Shown here piece after piece: positions 34,966-49,285 of a DNA stretch of 64,000 nucleotides. Source of the DNA: Octopus vulgaris (Eukaryota); contig OX597821.1 of assembly GCA_951406725.2 (NCBI GenBank), positions 19,220,001 through 19,284,000 of the forward strand. Reading direction: 5' to 3'. The notes beneath the pieces are model-generated. The model was not told the DNA's origin and ran no database searches. It worked only from the letters and a program-made list of their open reading frames with translations. The stretch's first letter is position 1. Each line of letters starts with the position of its first letter. The position numbers and the translations under genes were made by a program.

Positions 34966-35205
34966 TCTGTGTATGTGTGTTTGTGTTTGTGCCTGTCGCT
35001 CCATTACTGATTAACAATCGGTGTTAGTGTGTTTATGTCCCCTTAACTTAGTGGTTCCGCAAAAGTGAGCGATAGAATAAGTACTAGACTTAAAGAATAA
35101 GTCCTGGAGGCGACTACTTCGGTTAAATCCCTTCAAGGCAGTACTCCAGCATGACCGCTGTCAAATGACTGAAAAAAGTAAACGAAAAGAATAGAAGAAT
35201 GAAAG
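34966..35205 (+). mobile_element. SINE S2 3' half, diverged
   Basis: Matches 35640-35850. Confidence 0.8.
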
Positions 35206-35436
35206 AATATCTATATTTGTTTGTATATGTGTGTGTGTATGTGTGTGTGTGTGTCTGTGTGTCTATCCATCAATACATACGTAATAAGTATGTATGTATG
35301 TATGTATGTATGTGTTGTATGTGCACCTTTATATATAAAGGGAGCGAGGGAGGGGGCAGACAGCGATAGAGAGATAGAGAGAGAGGGTATTTCTACACGA
35401 AGTGGTAGTGAAAAATATGTCTTAGAATCTAATCTA

Positions 35437-35855
35437 GGCGCAGGGGTGGCTGTGTGGTAAGTAGCTTGCTAACCAACAACATGGTTCTGGATTCAGTCCC
35501 ACTGCGTGGCATCTTGGGTAAGTGTCTTCTGCTATAGCCCCGGGCCGGCCAATGCCTTGTGAGTGGACTTGGTAGACGGAAAATGAAAGAAGCCTGTCGT
35601 ATATATGTATATATATGTATGTATGTGTGTGTGTGTTTGCGTGTCTGTGTTTGTCCCCCTAGCATTGCTTGACAACCGATGGTGGTGTGTTTACGTCCCC
35701 GTCACCTAGCGGTTCGGCAAAGAGACCGATAGAATAAGTACTGGGCTTACAAAGAATAAGTCCCGGGGTCGATTTGCTCGACTGAAGGCAGTGCTCCAGC
35801 ATGGCCGCAGTCAAATGACTGAAACAAGTAAAAGAGTAAAAGAGAAAGAGTAAGA
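35437..35855 (+). mobile_element. Full-length SINE S2
   Basis: tRNA-like head, internal (TA)/(TG) tract, tail GCTCCAGCATGGCCGCAGTCAAATGACTGAAACAAGTAAAAGAG. Confidence 0.92.
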
Positions 35856-36439
35856 GTACTCAGAATGAAGCTAGTCAAGATCAATAAGCCAAGTAAGTGA
35901 CTGTAAGGAAAGACAACATTATCAAGGGAATAATAAATTGCAAATAAGGAGTAAATTGCTGAAGTATATTGTTATATAAAGATGAATAAAGAAGAATGGT
36001 GGTTGAGAAAAAAACGAAATATAAAATGAAAGCTAAAACATATTTACTAAAGACTTTGATGACCACTACGCAGCGAAACTGGACAGAGAGGAAGTGACTA
36101 TAAAAGCCAATATTGGCTGAGATGCATTGCGTTAAGGTGAAATAAAAAAAAATCATTCCAGGCATACAACATCAGCGACTAGTCAAACAAAACCTATAGA
36201 GATAAATAACAAAATGGAATTCTGCCGAGATCAGCTTTATATTTTTTCCGTTAGGGGGCAGCAAAAATAAAGTACAAGTCAAGTACAGAAGGCAATGGTA
36301 ATACGTTTCCCTCAAAATTTCTGGCGTTTAGCCTAAATCAGGAATAATTATTAGTAACATTCTTAACCACGTAGCCTTTATACATACGTACACTATCTTA
36401 TATCATATTATAATATATTATATTATATTATGTTATATT

Positions 36440-36960
36440 TGATGGTTCCAGAAGTCGTCAGTAACAAAGGAGATGTGATGACTTCTCACTTTGTTTCACA
36501 GAGCATGAGTGCCAATGCCGTTGTCTACAGAGAGTTGTTTGAAAAAGTGGTGGGGACCTGAATAGATGGAGAACGTAACGGAAAACTGTATGTGCACCAA
36601 TGCACCAACGCGTTTCTGCACCATCTCATAAAGCGCGGAAAAACCAAACACGGACGCGTGCCAATTTCCATGATCCTGTTCTCCTGGATACATGGCTGTG
36701 TAGCTTACCAGGCATTCAATTCACTGGACTATTACGTATGGGGCATAGTCGAGAAAGCGGGCAATCAAACTCCCCATAAAGCCAAAGAATCTCTTAAGTC
36801 TGCCATAACCAGCAATATTTCCAAAATTGATAAAGATCAGCATATCAACGCTTCAGACCCTATATTGAAGAGACCTTTGTTGCCGTTTCGACATAGAGTC
36901 GATTCATTGAAACGGTGGATTCATTGAATAGGTGTAAAACTGTTTCTCAAAATTATTTTT
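36440..36960 (+). mobile_element. Decayed Tc1/mariner (maT/DD37D-like) transposase C-terminal remnant
   Basis: NSLDYYVWGIVEK..NQTPHK..SLKSAI resembles NPLDY.VW of DD37D transposases. Confidence 0.7.
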
Positions 36961-37075
36961 AACAAATTATTCCTTAGATGAGCCTTGCGCTTTTTTCTAA
37001 ATTCATACAAAGTCCCCAAGAAACTCTCTCACACACACACACACACACACGCACACATTCACTCACACACACACT

Positions 37076-37161
<86 letters not shown>

Positions 37162-37235
37162 TCGCCATGTTGATTCGTTAGTTACTGCACGCATTTTTTT
37201 CTCTCCTTCTTTCTGTGTTTTTTTCTCTCTGTGTA

Positions 37236-37273
37236 TCTTTCTGTTGAAGAGCGTAGGCTCGAAACGTTAAAGA
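37236..37273 (+). ncRNA. Minimal hammerhead-like motif in a short element (37160-37372) between (TA)n tracts
   Basis: TCTTT-CTGTTGA-A-GAGC gtag GCTC-GAAA-CG-TT-AAAGA; core position A6 is U. Confidence 0.65.
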
Positions 37274-37370
37274 CTTGTTTTATTTATATTTCCTGAGTGC
37301 CATACTAATACAATTGTTTGTTTGTTTTCCACCTGCCTTCGTCTTTTGTCTATTTTCATAAAGCTTCCCG

Positions 37371-37430
<60 letters not shown>

Positions 37431-37671
37431 ATATACACCAAATATTGAGACAAAGAAATCTTCTCAGACATCTTTAATGATTCGTTACCATTGTTTTCGT
37501 ACCTCATCTTTTTGCCAGTTTATGAAAAATTTCCAAGTGAAAATTTACGTAATATTTGCAAGTTTAGACATTAGACTAGCTCTATATAAGACTTGCATCA
37601 AAGGTGCATTCTTGCATTGTACGTCTTCCAGACGCTGTTTCATTTCCTTCTCTCTCTCTTTCTCTCACACA

Positions 37672-37702
<31 letters not shown>

Positions 37703-37728
37703 ACTCTCTTTCTCTTTGTGTGTGTGTA

Positions 37729-37781
<53 letters not shown>

Positions 37782-38436
37782 TCTACACCAGATCGTTTCA
37801 TTTATTTACTCGGTTACTAATCTCACGTTATATATCTTAACACAACCAATATTGATGAAATCTCTCGTGATCTTCATTAGATAATATTTAATCCATTTAA
37901 TCCAAAGAATAATTTATTGATGAAAGTGTGGAAAAATTACCCTGATGTATAAATCAATAATGAGCAAACAAATCAAAATAAACAAAAAGTATTTTTCCTA
38001 GTTTTCCACCATTATATTATTTGTATATCTATATTGAAATTTATTGACCCTTTACAATAGTTTCGTTCATTTTTTACATTTACTTTCTGGTTTTTATCCA
38101 TTGCAACTTGCACATTGCCTTCAATAATTCAATATTTAGTTAACTTCGTAACGGTTCAATAATTTACACTTTATAAGCTTACTATTGAGTTTATGGGGGA
38201 AAACAACAGCAAAATACCAAACAAAAAACAACAAAGGTACAAACCATGATACTAATAATAATATTAATAAAAATATCACCAATATATACAGAGTAGTAGT
38301 GCAAATAGCAATGAAGTTGTACAAGTGGTAGTAAGAGGTATAACTGTAGTAGAATAATTAGCAATAACATTAGAAGTTTTAGTAGTAGCAACAACGTTAG
38401 TATTGAAAAGTGGAAGGAAAATAATAACAAAAATAC

Positions 38437-38468
<32 letters not shown>

Positions 38469-39354
38469 TGTATGTATGTATGTATGTATGTATGTGTGTA
38501 TGTATGTATGTATGTATATACATACATATATATATATATATATTTGTATATATATTTATATATATTTGTATATATATTTATATATATATATGTGTATATA
38601 TATGTATATATACACATATACATACATATACATATATATATACATGGATATATGAACATATACATACATACACATATACACATATATGCATATATATATA
38701 TATATACATTCATACATCTATATACATACATGTACATTAATATATGCATACATATATGTATCCATATATGTATATATACAGGTACATATATATATATATA
38801 TGCGTAAACATATAAACGTATTTATATATATATGTATATATATATATATGGATACATAGATATATGTATATATATATATACAAACATACACACATATATA
38901 TGTGAATGTGTGAGGTTTTATCTATATGCGTGTTTTTGTGTGTGTGTGTGTGTGTGTTTGTGTGTAATGTATATAATCACATTCATATATGTTGTGTAGT
39001 GAAAGAGAGTATTATGCCGTGATTACTTAATTATATTTTCCTGTTCAATGAAAATCTACCACAACTTAGTCTCACATCTATAAACATCACTAAATGTTAA
39101 ATGAAAATTAAATAAGTGAGATCAACAAGCAAATATTCGGTCGATAATTAATACAAAGCAAATGTTTACACACACAGACACACGCACATATACACACACA
39201 AACATATACGTGTATATATATATGTATATACATACATATATATTTATATATCTATACACATATATACACATATATGCATGTATATATATATATATATATT
39301 ATGTATGTGAGTATATGTGTATGTGTGTGGGTGTGTATCAGTGCGTGTTTCTGC

Positions 39355-39393
<39 letters not shown>

Positions 39394-40022
39394 TATGTGA
39401 GCGCATATCTATTTGTATTACTTGTATTGGTAGTTGAAAATTAGCTAATTCATTGATCTGCGTTTCTCGTTTCCGACCACCTAAGGGATGTGAAGAACGA
39501 AGTAATCTATATCTCTTCATCGCAATCCTCCCAAACGTACACTCCACAAACTTAGTCTCACAATTGAAGAACCATCCAGCTTCCAATAAATATATTCTAT
39601 CGGGGACGATAAATTAAGTACCAGTTGCGTACTGGGGGGGGGGGGGAACTATTCAACTGGCCCTCTCCCCAAAAATTTTGGGCCATGTGCCTACTGTACG
39701 AGAGAATATCATTATCGCTTTCTGTTAGATATATACACAATATATTTTTATGTGTATCGTTACCCTTCATTTTCTGAAAACAAAAAAAAAACAACAACAA
39801 ATGTCTAGATGGGCTCTTTTCATTCAAAAGCTATTAGCATAGGTCACTCCAAAACTGAAGAATCTGAAATAAAAAAAGAAAGGACGTTATACAGAATATA
39901 GAAAACATAACTATGATGTTGTCATAGTGTGCCAACCAGCTGGGAAATGTTTCATCGAAATCGATTCAGAGGAAATCGGGAAATCCTAAATTTCACTCCT
40001 AATCTATTACTGTGGTTCTGGG

Positions 40023-40087
<65 letters not shown>

Positions 40088-40088
40088 G

Positions 40089-40136
<48 letters not shown>

Positions 40137-40200
40137 GAGTGTGCCTTTCTTTTTCGTTTGTCCACTACCTCGTGGATATATATATATATATATATATATT

Positions 40201-40400
40201 GGTAAAAAACGGTAAGATAACAAAAGAAAGAGACCTCAATATTATGTAAATAGAGGAAATTTATCTGTAAAATAATATGTGACAATACTTCAATAGCCAA
40301 GATAACACTCTGAGTTGGTGTTGTGGATTTCCACCTCGGCATCCGAAACTCAGAGTTTTATCTTGGCTATTGAATAATTGTCTCAGATTATTTTACAGAT
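40201..40400. mobile_element. Inverted Penelope-like terminus with the 3' half of a hammerhead
   Basis: 40263-40316 is nearly the reverse complement of 40347-40400; CATCC-GAAA-CTCAGAG-TT; same family as 41480-41640. Confidence 0.7.
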
Positions 40401-41255
40401 ATGTATATATATATATATATATGTATATAATTTACGGTATATTCCGTTAGGAACGTAGCAGAGTACTAAATAGAACTCGTTCACCCTTAGAATTACCAAA
40501 TAGCTGGTAGTATTATCATATACTTCCGAGTCTAGATTTCGGCATTCATCATATGTGAAAATAAAATTGAATAAGATAGAGTCAACAAGAAGGAATACAG
40601 TTGGACAGTTATTTTTTAATCACTACACATTTTCCGGTCCAACATAGATCTTTATATATATACAGCAATTTGATTATGCAACGGTTTACCTGTATAATGT
40701 AATGTATTTCCTCTGGTGAGATTCAGTTGCTGTCCCCGTCAGTTACAGAACGTTCGGCTTCGATTCTAACACATCCATCTACCTTGTTTGAATTTTGAAG
40801 ACGCTGGCAGTTTCATTCAGCTTGCTGTTAATGTGCTTCTGCGTGCCTACTATGAATGGCATTGGATATATTGGCTGTCTATTTTGCTCCTCATGTTAGG
40901 CTGCACATGAGAAATTTTATTATCCGACCATCAGTATTCGTTGGTTCAGAGACACACACAGTCTCTCCCATGTATATATTCATGTATACATGCTCATATA
41001 CACAACAAGATACACTTACATATAATGTTAAATCTTGGCGTACCTGTTGAGGAAGACCTCGCCTAGCAAACAATTTTTTTGTTAAAAAAAGTCTGAAACC
41101 ATGGTCCAGGAAATAGATGGTAAATGTTTTTATCTTTCATTCCCCTCCAGATTTTATCCCTGATTAGTAGGTTGAACTTTAGCTGTTCCTTCTAGCGTAA
41201 GGGCGTCCTTTGATGGATACCTCTTAATGTGTTTAAATGTACACTGTATCATATG

Positions 41256-41308
<53 letters not shown>

Positions 41309-41447
41309 TCATATGTATACACTCATATGTATACGTACACACAAATTTTGTGATGCTTTTGCTGCTTTCTAATAAACCTTATTACTCTACCTCTGGAATT
41401 GGAGTACTATTTTTTCCACCTTGTTTCGCATTTATATGCTTATTCTG

Positions 41448-41478
<31 letters not shown>

Positions 41479-41493
41479 ACTTTTTCGATGGCC

Positions 41494-41555
41494 TGATAAC
41501 TGAAGAGATGAAGTCGTGGGTTCCGCCCCGTCATCCAAAACTCGGAGTTTTGTCA
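41494..41555 (+). ncRNA. Hammerhead motif (G12>A in this copy) in a Penelope-like terminus
   Basis: TGATAA-CTGAAGA-GATGA..TCATC-C-AAAA-CTCGGAG-TT-TTGTCA; GAAA is intact in the sister copy at 40345-40348. Confidence 0.65.
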
Positions 41556-42093
41556 TGGCTACCGAATAATTGTCACATATATTTACAGATAAATTCCTCT
41601 ATTTACATAATATCGACATCTCTTTCGTTCTTTTCTTGTTTTGCCATTTCAAGGTCAGTGTATTCTCCGGTTTGTTTATCGACTTCATTATTTGTAACAT
41701 TTGTTTCTGCAATCCTTGTTGTTGTTCTCTCTCTTCCTTGAGTTGTTGTTGATTTTGCACAAGATTTTTGCTTCTTTTTTATCGAGGTATTTAATTTTCC
41801 CCACTGCGCGTAAAATTGTTTTTCCTCGTCGGTATTGTTGTAAAGCGGTCTTTTGCCACTGCTCTATCTGTCTGTCTTTTGACGACGTTTGTCGCTGTGA
41901 CAGATTTTGTTATATTACGAAGTCATCGATAGAATGTTTATGTCTAGCACTGTACAACTCCCCCAGTCGTAAAATGTGATTGCACACATACTTCTGACCT
42001 TCTCGACCTTCTGTCGACCAACTACTGGTCTAATTATAATTGCTGGCTACTACCACGTTTTACCGGGGGGGGGGGTTTGCACAGTTTCATTAT

Positions 42094-42135
<42 letters not shown>

Positions 42136-42176
42136 GTATGTATGTATGTATGTATGTATGTATGTATGTATGTATG

Positions 42177-42228
<52 letters not shown>

Positions 42229-42329
42229 CATATAGTTGTTTGGAAGGAAAGTACTGTTGCATTTGAAGATGGGGAAAAAACAAATCCTTCTTTAGTATTA
42301 TTCAATGTATTTAATCATGATAATATTTC

Positions 42330-43110
42330 CGCTTATTATTGATAACCCAGTCCCATCTCTCTGGTAAACTATTAACTGCTCGGGTATAAAATTCCTCATG
42401 TTTCGAGACAAAGGCACACTTTATAAATAATTTAATGCTTACCTCTGAATAACATTATAATGATATGGATGATCATGGCAGTCAGATGCACTGAGATGAG
42501 AACTGTAATGGAGTAAAGGTAAGACTCCCGTATTTAGATCACCGATCTTTTTCTGAGTACCTGAACAATTTGTGAACTTGTATTATCATATAAGAGCAAC
42601 ATACCCGAACTGTGATCAAATTTTTGTGCAATTCATCCTAATTAAGATAACACATCTCCTAGTTCATTAATGGCTAACCATAGTCGTTTCCGTTGCATTA
42701 TAGAGAACCAACTTGAGATCATTCTACTCAGCAAACGTTCCGTAAAGAGTCGGCTCTTTACGGAACTGGGAGAAGATGAGGAATATACTGAACAAGTTTA
42801 GGCAATTTTATTAATCCATGAAAGTGTTTTATTATCAAAGTGTGTCTTGAACTGAACTATTTTGCTAATTATTGTGCAGTTTGTTTTGGATTATTCTCCA
42901 TTACGCTATTCAGAAGTTCAATATTGAGAGAACGTGGTCGTCTAGATGCAAGATAGTCAGGAAGAGAGATATTTCTCGTGCAAAATTGGTCCAACTATCT
43001 TTGGCATGTCCGGATGCTTAAATATCCATTTCCAGATCAGATATTTTTTTGTCGACCCCATTGCTGAATAGTGCCTTTTGAATTAATACAGCATGCCGCG
43101 TCTGATATAG
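42330..43110 (-). mobile_element. Highly decayed mariner transposase
   Basis: Manual minus-strand translation: RPRSLNIELL..ENNPKQT, KLVQYIPHLL (cf. WVPHEL), YSSHLSASDCH (cf. YSPDLAPSD). Confidence 0.7.
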
Positions 43111-43481
43111 ATCTGATCAAAACACATTTAAAAGTGTAAAATCAATACACATTTAACCATTATGTCATAAAATAATCGGGAAAAAGACAGAAGGAAACCA
43201 CTAGAGTGTCAAAAATCAATATTATATGACTGTATTAGAAAAGTACCTTCAAAGTAAAACATCTCAGCAATGCGAAATGACTCTTTTACCAAACTAATTC
43301 ATTTAATACATTATGTAAAATAGACAGTGACCGTAAATACGACAAACTGATTCTCAGTCTGTGAAAGAAAACAGAATATCAGTGAAATTTAGTGTATCCA
43401 GATTTTATGATCAGGCTCTATACTGTACATACATGCATACATAGATATAAATATTTATTTACATACATACATTCATATATA

Positions 43482-43700
43482 TCATCATCGTCATCATCAT
43501 CACTCTCATTTAACGTACACTCTCCATGCTGGCATGAATTGGATGGTGTGACTGAGATCTGGCAAACCAGAAGGCTGTGCCAGACTCCAAACCAATCTGG
43601 CAAAGTTTCTACAGCTGGATGCCTTTCCTAACGCCAACGAGTCCTAGAGTGTAGTACGTGCTTTTTACGTGCTACCGGCACAAGAGCTAGTCAGGTGCCA
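43482..43700 (-). mobile_element. RTE-related SINE/non-autonomous fragment ending in (GAT)n
   Basis: Minus strand GTTGGCGTTAGGAAAGGCATCCAGCTGTAGAAAC..CATGCCAGCATGGAGA..CGTTAAATGA(GAT)n resembles RTE termini. Confidence 0.65.
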
Positions 43701-43725
43701 TATATGTATACATACATATATACTA

Positions 43726-43782
<57 letters not shown>

Positions 43783-43859
43783 AGTGTGTATGTGTGTATG
43801 TATGTATGTATGTTTGTATTTATGCATGTATGTATGTATAAGTACATACATGCATACAG

Positions 43860-43894
<35 letters not shown>

Positions 43895-43969
43895 AATATT
43901 AGGGAATAAATCCAAATTTACAGGGAAAAATTAGATTTAGGATTGAATCCAATTTTATAGTAAAATATT

Positions 43970-44077
43970 ATATAATATTAATTAGAGACAAAACCATTAT
44001 TTAATTTATATAAAATTTTTACGTATTGGATTAAGTCTTTCTTTGTTTGATTTGCAAAATAGTGGTTTTGTCTCTAA

Positions 44078-44090
<13 letters not shown>
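43970..44090. repeat. 34-bp inverted repeat at (TA)n
   Basis: TATATAATATTAATTAGAGACAAAACCATTATTT (43970-44003) vs 44057-44090. Confidence 0.75.
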
Positions 44091-44121
<31 letters not shown>

Positions 44122-44176
44122 ATGTATGTGCTTATATATGTATGTATGTATGTATCTTTCTATCTATTTATCTATA

Positions 44177-44229
<53 letters not shown>

Positions 44230-44387
44230 ATGCATATGAACGTATATGTATATATTTATATGATTTACTATTTGAATGACTTCTTTTCTTATTCAGATTA
44301 GTAAACAATAAATATAAAGATATATTCTCATAATTATTTCAAAATATCTATATTTTATCAAAAAATATCCAAATTGTAATGATAATA

Positions 44388-46160
44388 TCATTTAGAAATG
44401 AAAATCTGCCAATCTTGTAGCACCGCAGGGTGAACAATATTCATTGTGTAATTTTTTCTTGGTGTCGAAATGAAGAAATTGCTGCTGCTTCCAGCCCGCG
44501 AGCAAGCAACATAGAGTTGACCATGAGAGAAGCAGCATGTAGCAGAGAGATCAAGCGCAACTATCATGAGGGATCGACCGTGAGATTTGTTAATTGAATT
44601 ACCAAAACTTAGTTTGACTGGAAACTTAAGCATCTTAAATTCAAATGGAACATCTGCAGGTATGAGAGGGATTTTTGGAATGCAGATATTTTCTCCTTTG
44701 TGACTACCTGATTGTTGCCTGTAAGACATGGGGCTTCATGGAAGTAAAAAGATTCCTAAGCACCATAATGGAAGCATCCAGGTTTAGTGTCAAGTTATGC
44801 AGCGATATCCCAGTGCGATTAGGTGTGTTCAGAAATTCAACAGAGTATTGAACAAACTGATTTTTATCGACTGTTGTCAATTGATCGAAAGTCATCTCTA
44901 ATGTTTCTATTACCTTTTAAAGAAGTTCATGATTAAGTTTATCAATCATATCATTAGTTGGAACTCGTATAGCTCTTTCACATAACCAGTTTCCATTAGC
45001 GTAATTGACAGATAAATTAGGAAATACTTTATCCATAAGATCCCTAAGAGAAAGAATCATTTGACCGCATGTAATTTCATGTAGCTGAACTCTTGAGTTG
45101 AATGTTAATATTCCATTACCAGTCTTAAGAAGCTCGTATGATCACCTTGTAGAAGTACTCTGATGTTTCTTGAAAGATGAAGTTTTTTTCACGTTTTCAA
45201 ATGTACGATTCATTGAAGCCTGCATTGATCTCATCAGCTTTTGATCCTTTGGGGGATAACTGGCAACTTTTAAGGAGAACTGTTACTCCTCCCATGAGCG
45301 TACTGTTGCTTTTTATATCTTGAAGTGTACGGTTAAGTACCTCTGGAGCTTATCGATGTGACAGTGCACTCATCCGAAACAATGAGGCAAGTTTGTTGGA
45401 GAACTATTGCCGTTCCAGAGTTTTAGGAAATGTTGCACATTTGATATTCTCTCATTGCAAGGCTTAGAAGGAGATTGAACATGGAATGAGCAGGTTTTCC
45501 CCCGCTGAGGAGGGTAGCTGTAATACCAGGAGATGCAACACTGGAAGAAGATTAGATTTTATTTCTTCCCATTTAGGAATGCAGGTGAAAGTGTCAAAAG
45601 GATGTGAGTTTTCATATGTTCTGACTTATGTCATAGCATCTCATGTTCGTTGGTGCATCCATCGATGACCACCTGTGAATGACGATGGGAGAATTATAAG
45701 CTGCCCCGTGATTTGGATATCACTATTTGTCCTCAGAGCATCTTGGAGATGAACATAATTTTCAGCCCTTAACATTTGTCATTGTTACGTATGTAGAGGA
45801 GACACTGACTCTCAACTGTAGCGTACATATCAACCGAGTATTGCTGAAATAGATCACGATACATATATAATTGATTTGATTGTTCTGGTTTTAACATCAG
45901 TTGGTAAGAATAAAAATAATTTGACGACATGTCTTTGTTTGTAATTGACTCTCCTGTTGCAGGTTCAATCTGAGGAATGTTGAAATAATACTCCTCTTGT
46001 TCATTCCACAAAATAAGAGGGTACTAAAGAGCATCATAAGAAAGATGAATTTCCGAAACATGTTTAATTTTGTTGTCTAGAGCACGAATGAGAATTTCAT
46101 GATTTTCATAATGATGTCTACTTCTTTAGCTGTAGGCTCATTAAAACGGTGTAAAATGTC
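44388..46160 (-). mobile_element. Decayed, internally deleted Helitron Rep-helicase
   Basis: Rep-side LFQQYSVDMYATVE, IILPSSFTG, TFTCIPKWEEI; PIF1 helicase YSVEFLN, IMVLRNL, FPVKLSF..SINKSHG, FSHGQLYVACSR. Confidence 0.9.
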
Positions 46161-46454
46161 CCTTTCTTTAGTCTACTATAGATGTCACGAATGTGGAAAC
46201 ACACAAACTAAGAGGCACATTATGAGTGTCTATGTGCCTCTTGATAATACTGAAAACAGCAAAAACGTACACACACGAAGTTCAAGTGAGACGACATGGA
46301 GTCAATATAGGTGCAAAACATAATTTCTGTAGCATAGTTAAGGCATAAATATATTTGAGGGAATATTTCCAAAAGAAATATTCTAGCATCGGAAAGTCAC
46401 AAATGAACAAAAATTACTATGCGTCACCAATGTAACAAAGTACAAAAATAATAA

Positions 46455-46652
46455 TTCTATCGGAGTTTTGTCGAACCGCTGAGTTACGGGGACATAAACA
46501 CACCAACACTGGTTGTGAAGTGGTGGTGGTGGTGGTGGACAAGCACAGACACATATATAAACATACATATATTTATGCACATACACATACACACGCGCAC
46601 ACACACACACGCACACACACACACAGACACACACACACACACACACACACAT

Positions 46653-46683
<31 letters not shown>

Positions 46684-46860
46684 CGTATATGTACAACAGG
46701 ATTATTTCTCTTTCCGTCAACCAAATCCATTCACAAGTCTTTGGTCGGTGCCAGGATATAGTAGAAGGCATATTCTCAGAGTGATACGCAGTGGGATGGG
46801 ACTGAACCCAGAACTATGTGGTTGGGAAGCAAATTTCTTACTACACAGCCACACCAGCGC
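46455..46860 (-). mobile_element. SINE S2, diverged
   Basis: Reverse complement matches S2 head and body. Confidence 0.82.
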
Positions 46861-47176
46861 GTATTATATGTATACTTTCATCCAAGGCGGAGACGAACAC
46901 CAACGTTCCATGTGACAGACTAGAATAATTTCTGCGAGATATCTGTCACACCATGAAACCAATGGTAGTCTGTTTAAACTGCAAATAAAGAATATTAACC
47001 CACATATGCGGTGTACCGTACTCACCCTCACTCTTCAATGTTAACGTGTATATATGTATATATATATATATACCGGAGTAAACACATAAATGTAAAACAA
47101 GGTGGAAAAAAGAGTACTCAAATGCCAGTGGTAGAGTAATATGCTTTATTTAAAGCAGCAGAAAATTCAACAAAAC

Positions 47177-47214
47177 CTGTTACTCTGAGTTTCACGTTGC
47201 CGTTCGTCGGACAG
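47177..47214 (-). ncRNA. Minimal hammerhead (U4>C variant) in the loop of an inverted Penelope-like terminus (47072-47263)
   Basis: Minus strand CTGT-CCGACGA-ACG gcaa CGT-GAAA-CTC a GAG-TA-ACAG; arms 47139-47178 and 47223-47263. Confidence 0.75.
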
Positions 47215-47329
47215 TTTTTTCTAGGTTTTGTTGAATTTTCTGCTGCTTTTAAATAAAGCATATATATATATTACGGAGATGTACTCGCATAGCAAGTAAT
47301 TTGATCTGAGATCGTGTGCTGAAACGAAA

Positions 47330-47598
47330 AATTGCAGCGTGGAGGTGTTTATAGCCATTTAAGAAACACACAAAAGCCGTTCGATTCACTCCAACATTTA
47401 AGTTTAATTTGTCAAAATATTTTGTCGCTAAAATCCGCGACCTGTTCACTGACAAAGTCCGTGCTGCACGGACTTTGTCAGTGAACAGGTCGCGGATTTA
47501 GCGACGAAAATATTTTGACAAATTAAACTTAAATGTTGGAGTGAATCGAACGGCTTTTGTGTGTTTCTTAAATGGCTTATAAACACCTCCCACGCTGC

Positions 47599-47602
<4 letters not shown>
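47330..47602. repeat. Near-perfect palindrome (about 135-bp arms, centre 47465) formed by head-to-head Penelope-like termini
   Basis: Direct reverse-complement comparison; each arm carries a hammerhead-like motif. Confidence 0.9.
47474..47522 (+). ncRNA. Minimal hammerhead with G3:C8 swapped core
   Basis: TTTGTCA-GTGAACA-G-GTCGC ggattta GCGAC-GAAA-ATAT-TT-TGACAAA. Confidence 0.7.
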
Positions 47603-47655
<53 letters not shown>

Positions 47656-48068
47656 CGTTTGTGTGTGACTGTGAGAAAGATAGATAGATAGGTTGAGTTG
47701 AATAAATATTATTTGCGGAGGGAGGTGGACACAAATGAAACTGAGTTTAACACTCATAACGCCGTGTAGATAACATCTATACAAACAAATAGCTATCACG
47801 TAGTGTTTATTCCCTTCCACGACCTTATACATTCGTATTGCTTAAGCTGCTTTTGACGATGTTGTTCTTGTTCATTTTACACTTTGTTTTCAAATATGTT
47901 ACTTTAACTTTCGTATTTTTTTTACTTTAACTTTCGTATTTCTTGTTTACTAAGAAAGTAAGAAATGTGTCAGAAACATCATTGGCTGACAATCAAATGT
48001 TCTCAGATTGTGCCAGGTAATCGAAATCAAGTTTTAGCGCATATACGATATACAGACACACACACACA

Positions 48069-48114
<46 letters not shown>

Positions 48115-49088
48115 CACACACACATGTTATACTACATATGTGGGGAATTCTGTCTGTGAGTGTGTTTGTGGTGTTGTTAGCTAACCCCTCCTATATCGTT
48201 TTACCGATTTTGATGAAACTTGACACGTGAGTAGAACGCATGTCTGGAAACCGCATGACATACATAGATTATTGAAACATTTCAATAATAGCGCGTCTGG
48301 AAGGGATGCTTATGAATAGCTAATATATTTTATTTTAATAAACCAAGGGGAAAACCCATTTGCCACCGGAAGGGATCCTCATATAGCCAAGGGAAATAAC
48401 CCATTCATTTTCCTAAATTATTTGGTAAAATTGATATTGAAAATGCTTATATCTTTGTATTTGAACATTTAGAGTTATTTTCGCAATATATCAAGTACAG
48501 CCCTTAAACAAGTAAATAGTATTTCCTAAACAATAGATCCACTTATTTCGGTTAGTTACATATTCACGAATACACCAACACTAGCGCCCCTGAGGGTAAT
48601 ATTCTCTGAGAACGCATAAAACTGATCGATCGGGCCTGGTCAATCGTCGTCGCTCGACTTGTTGGGATCCCTAGTTCGGGTGATACGGGCGACGGCAGGT
48701 GGGATTCCGTAACAGCTTTCGGAGGTCCCGTAACAAATTGTTACTATCTCATATTTGATTAGCCTGTTATTATGTAACATGCATCAAGATTTTTGCATAT
48801 ATACCTTATTAGTATTTCCTCGTATGTTCTAGATACTCTGGGAAGATTCTTTATTTGAATTCTTACTATCGGGTAACTAATTTCATGTTTTTGCATAACT
48901 GACTCCACAATTTGGGTATTGATAACTTATTGGGAATTCTTAAAAACAAGGTCCTTTGTAAGACAGTTCGGTATTCTCAGTAAATGTACAAAAGCCGTTT
49001 TAATGTTGTTATTGGATTAGCGAAACAATTATGAGAACAAAACCAATGGAAAAGCCTCGGGTACGTGACCAAGTGTATACACACGCAC

Positions 49089-49196
<108 letters not shown>

Positions 49197-49285
49197 ACAA
49201 TTATGTATAAAAAAACATTTTTGAATTCATAATATTCAATGTGACAATTATGTAAAAAACTTTTTTGAACCCATAATATTCAATG

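Noticed and set aside
48540-48740. GC-richer segment ending CCGTAACA twice, possible solo LTR
   Set aside because: No second LTR, PBS/PPT or TSD identifiable
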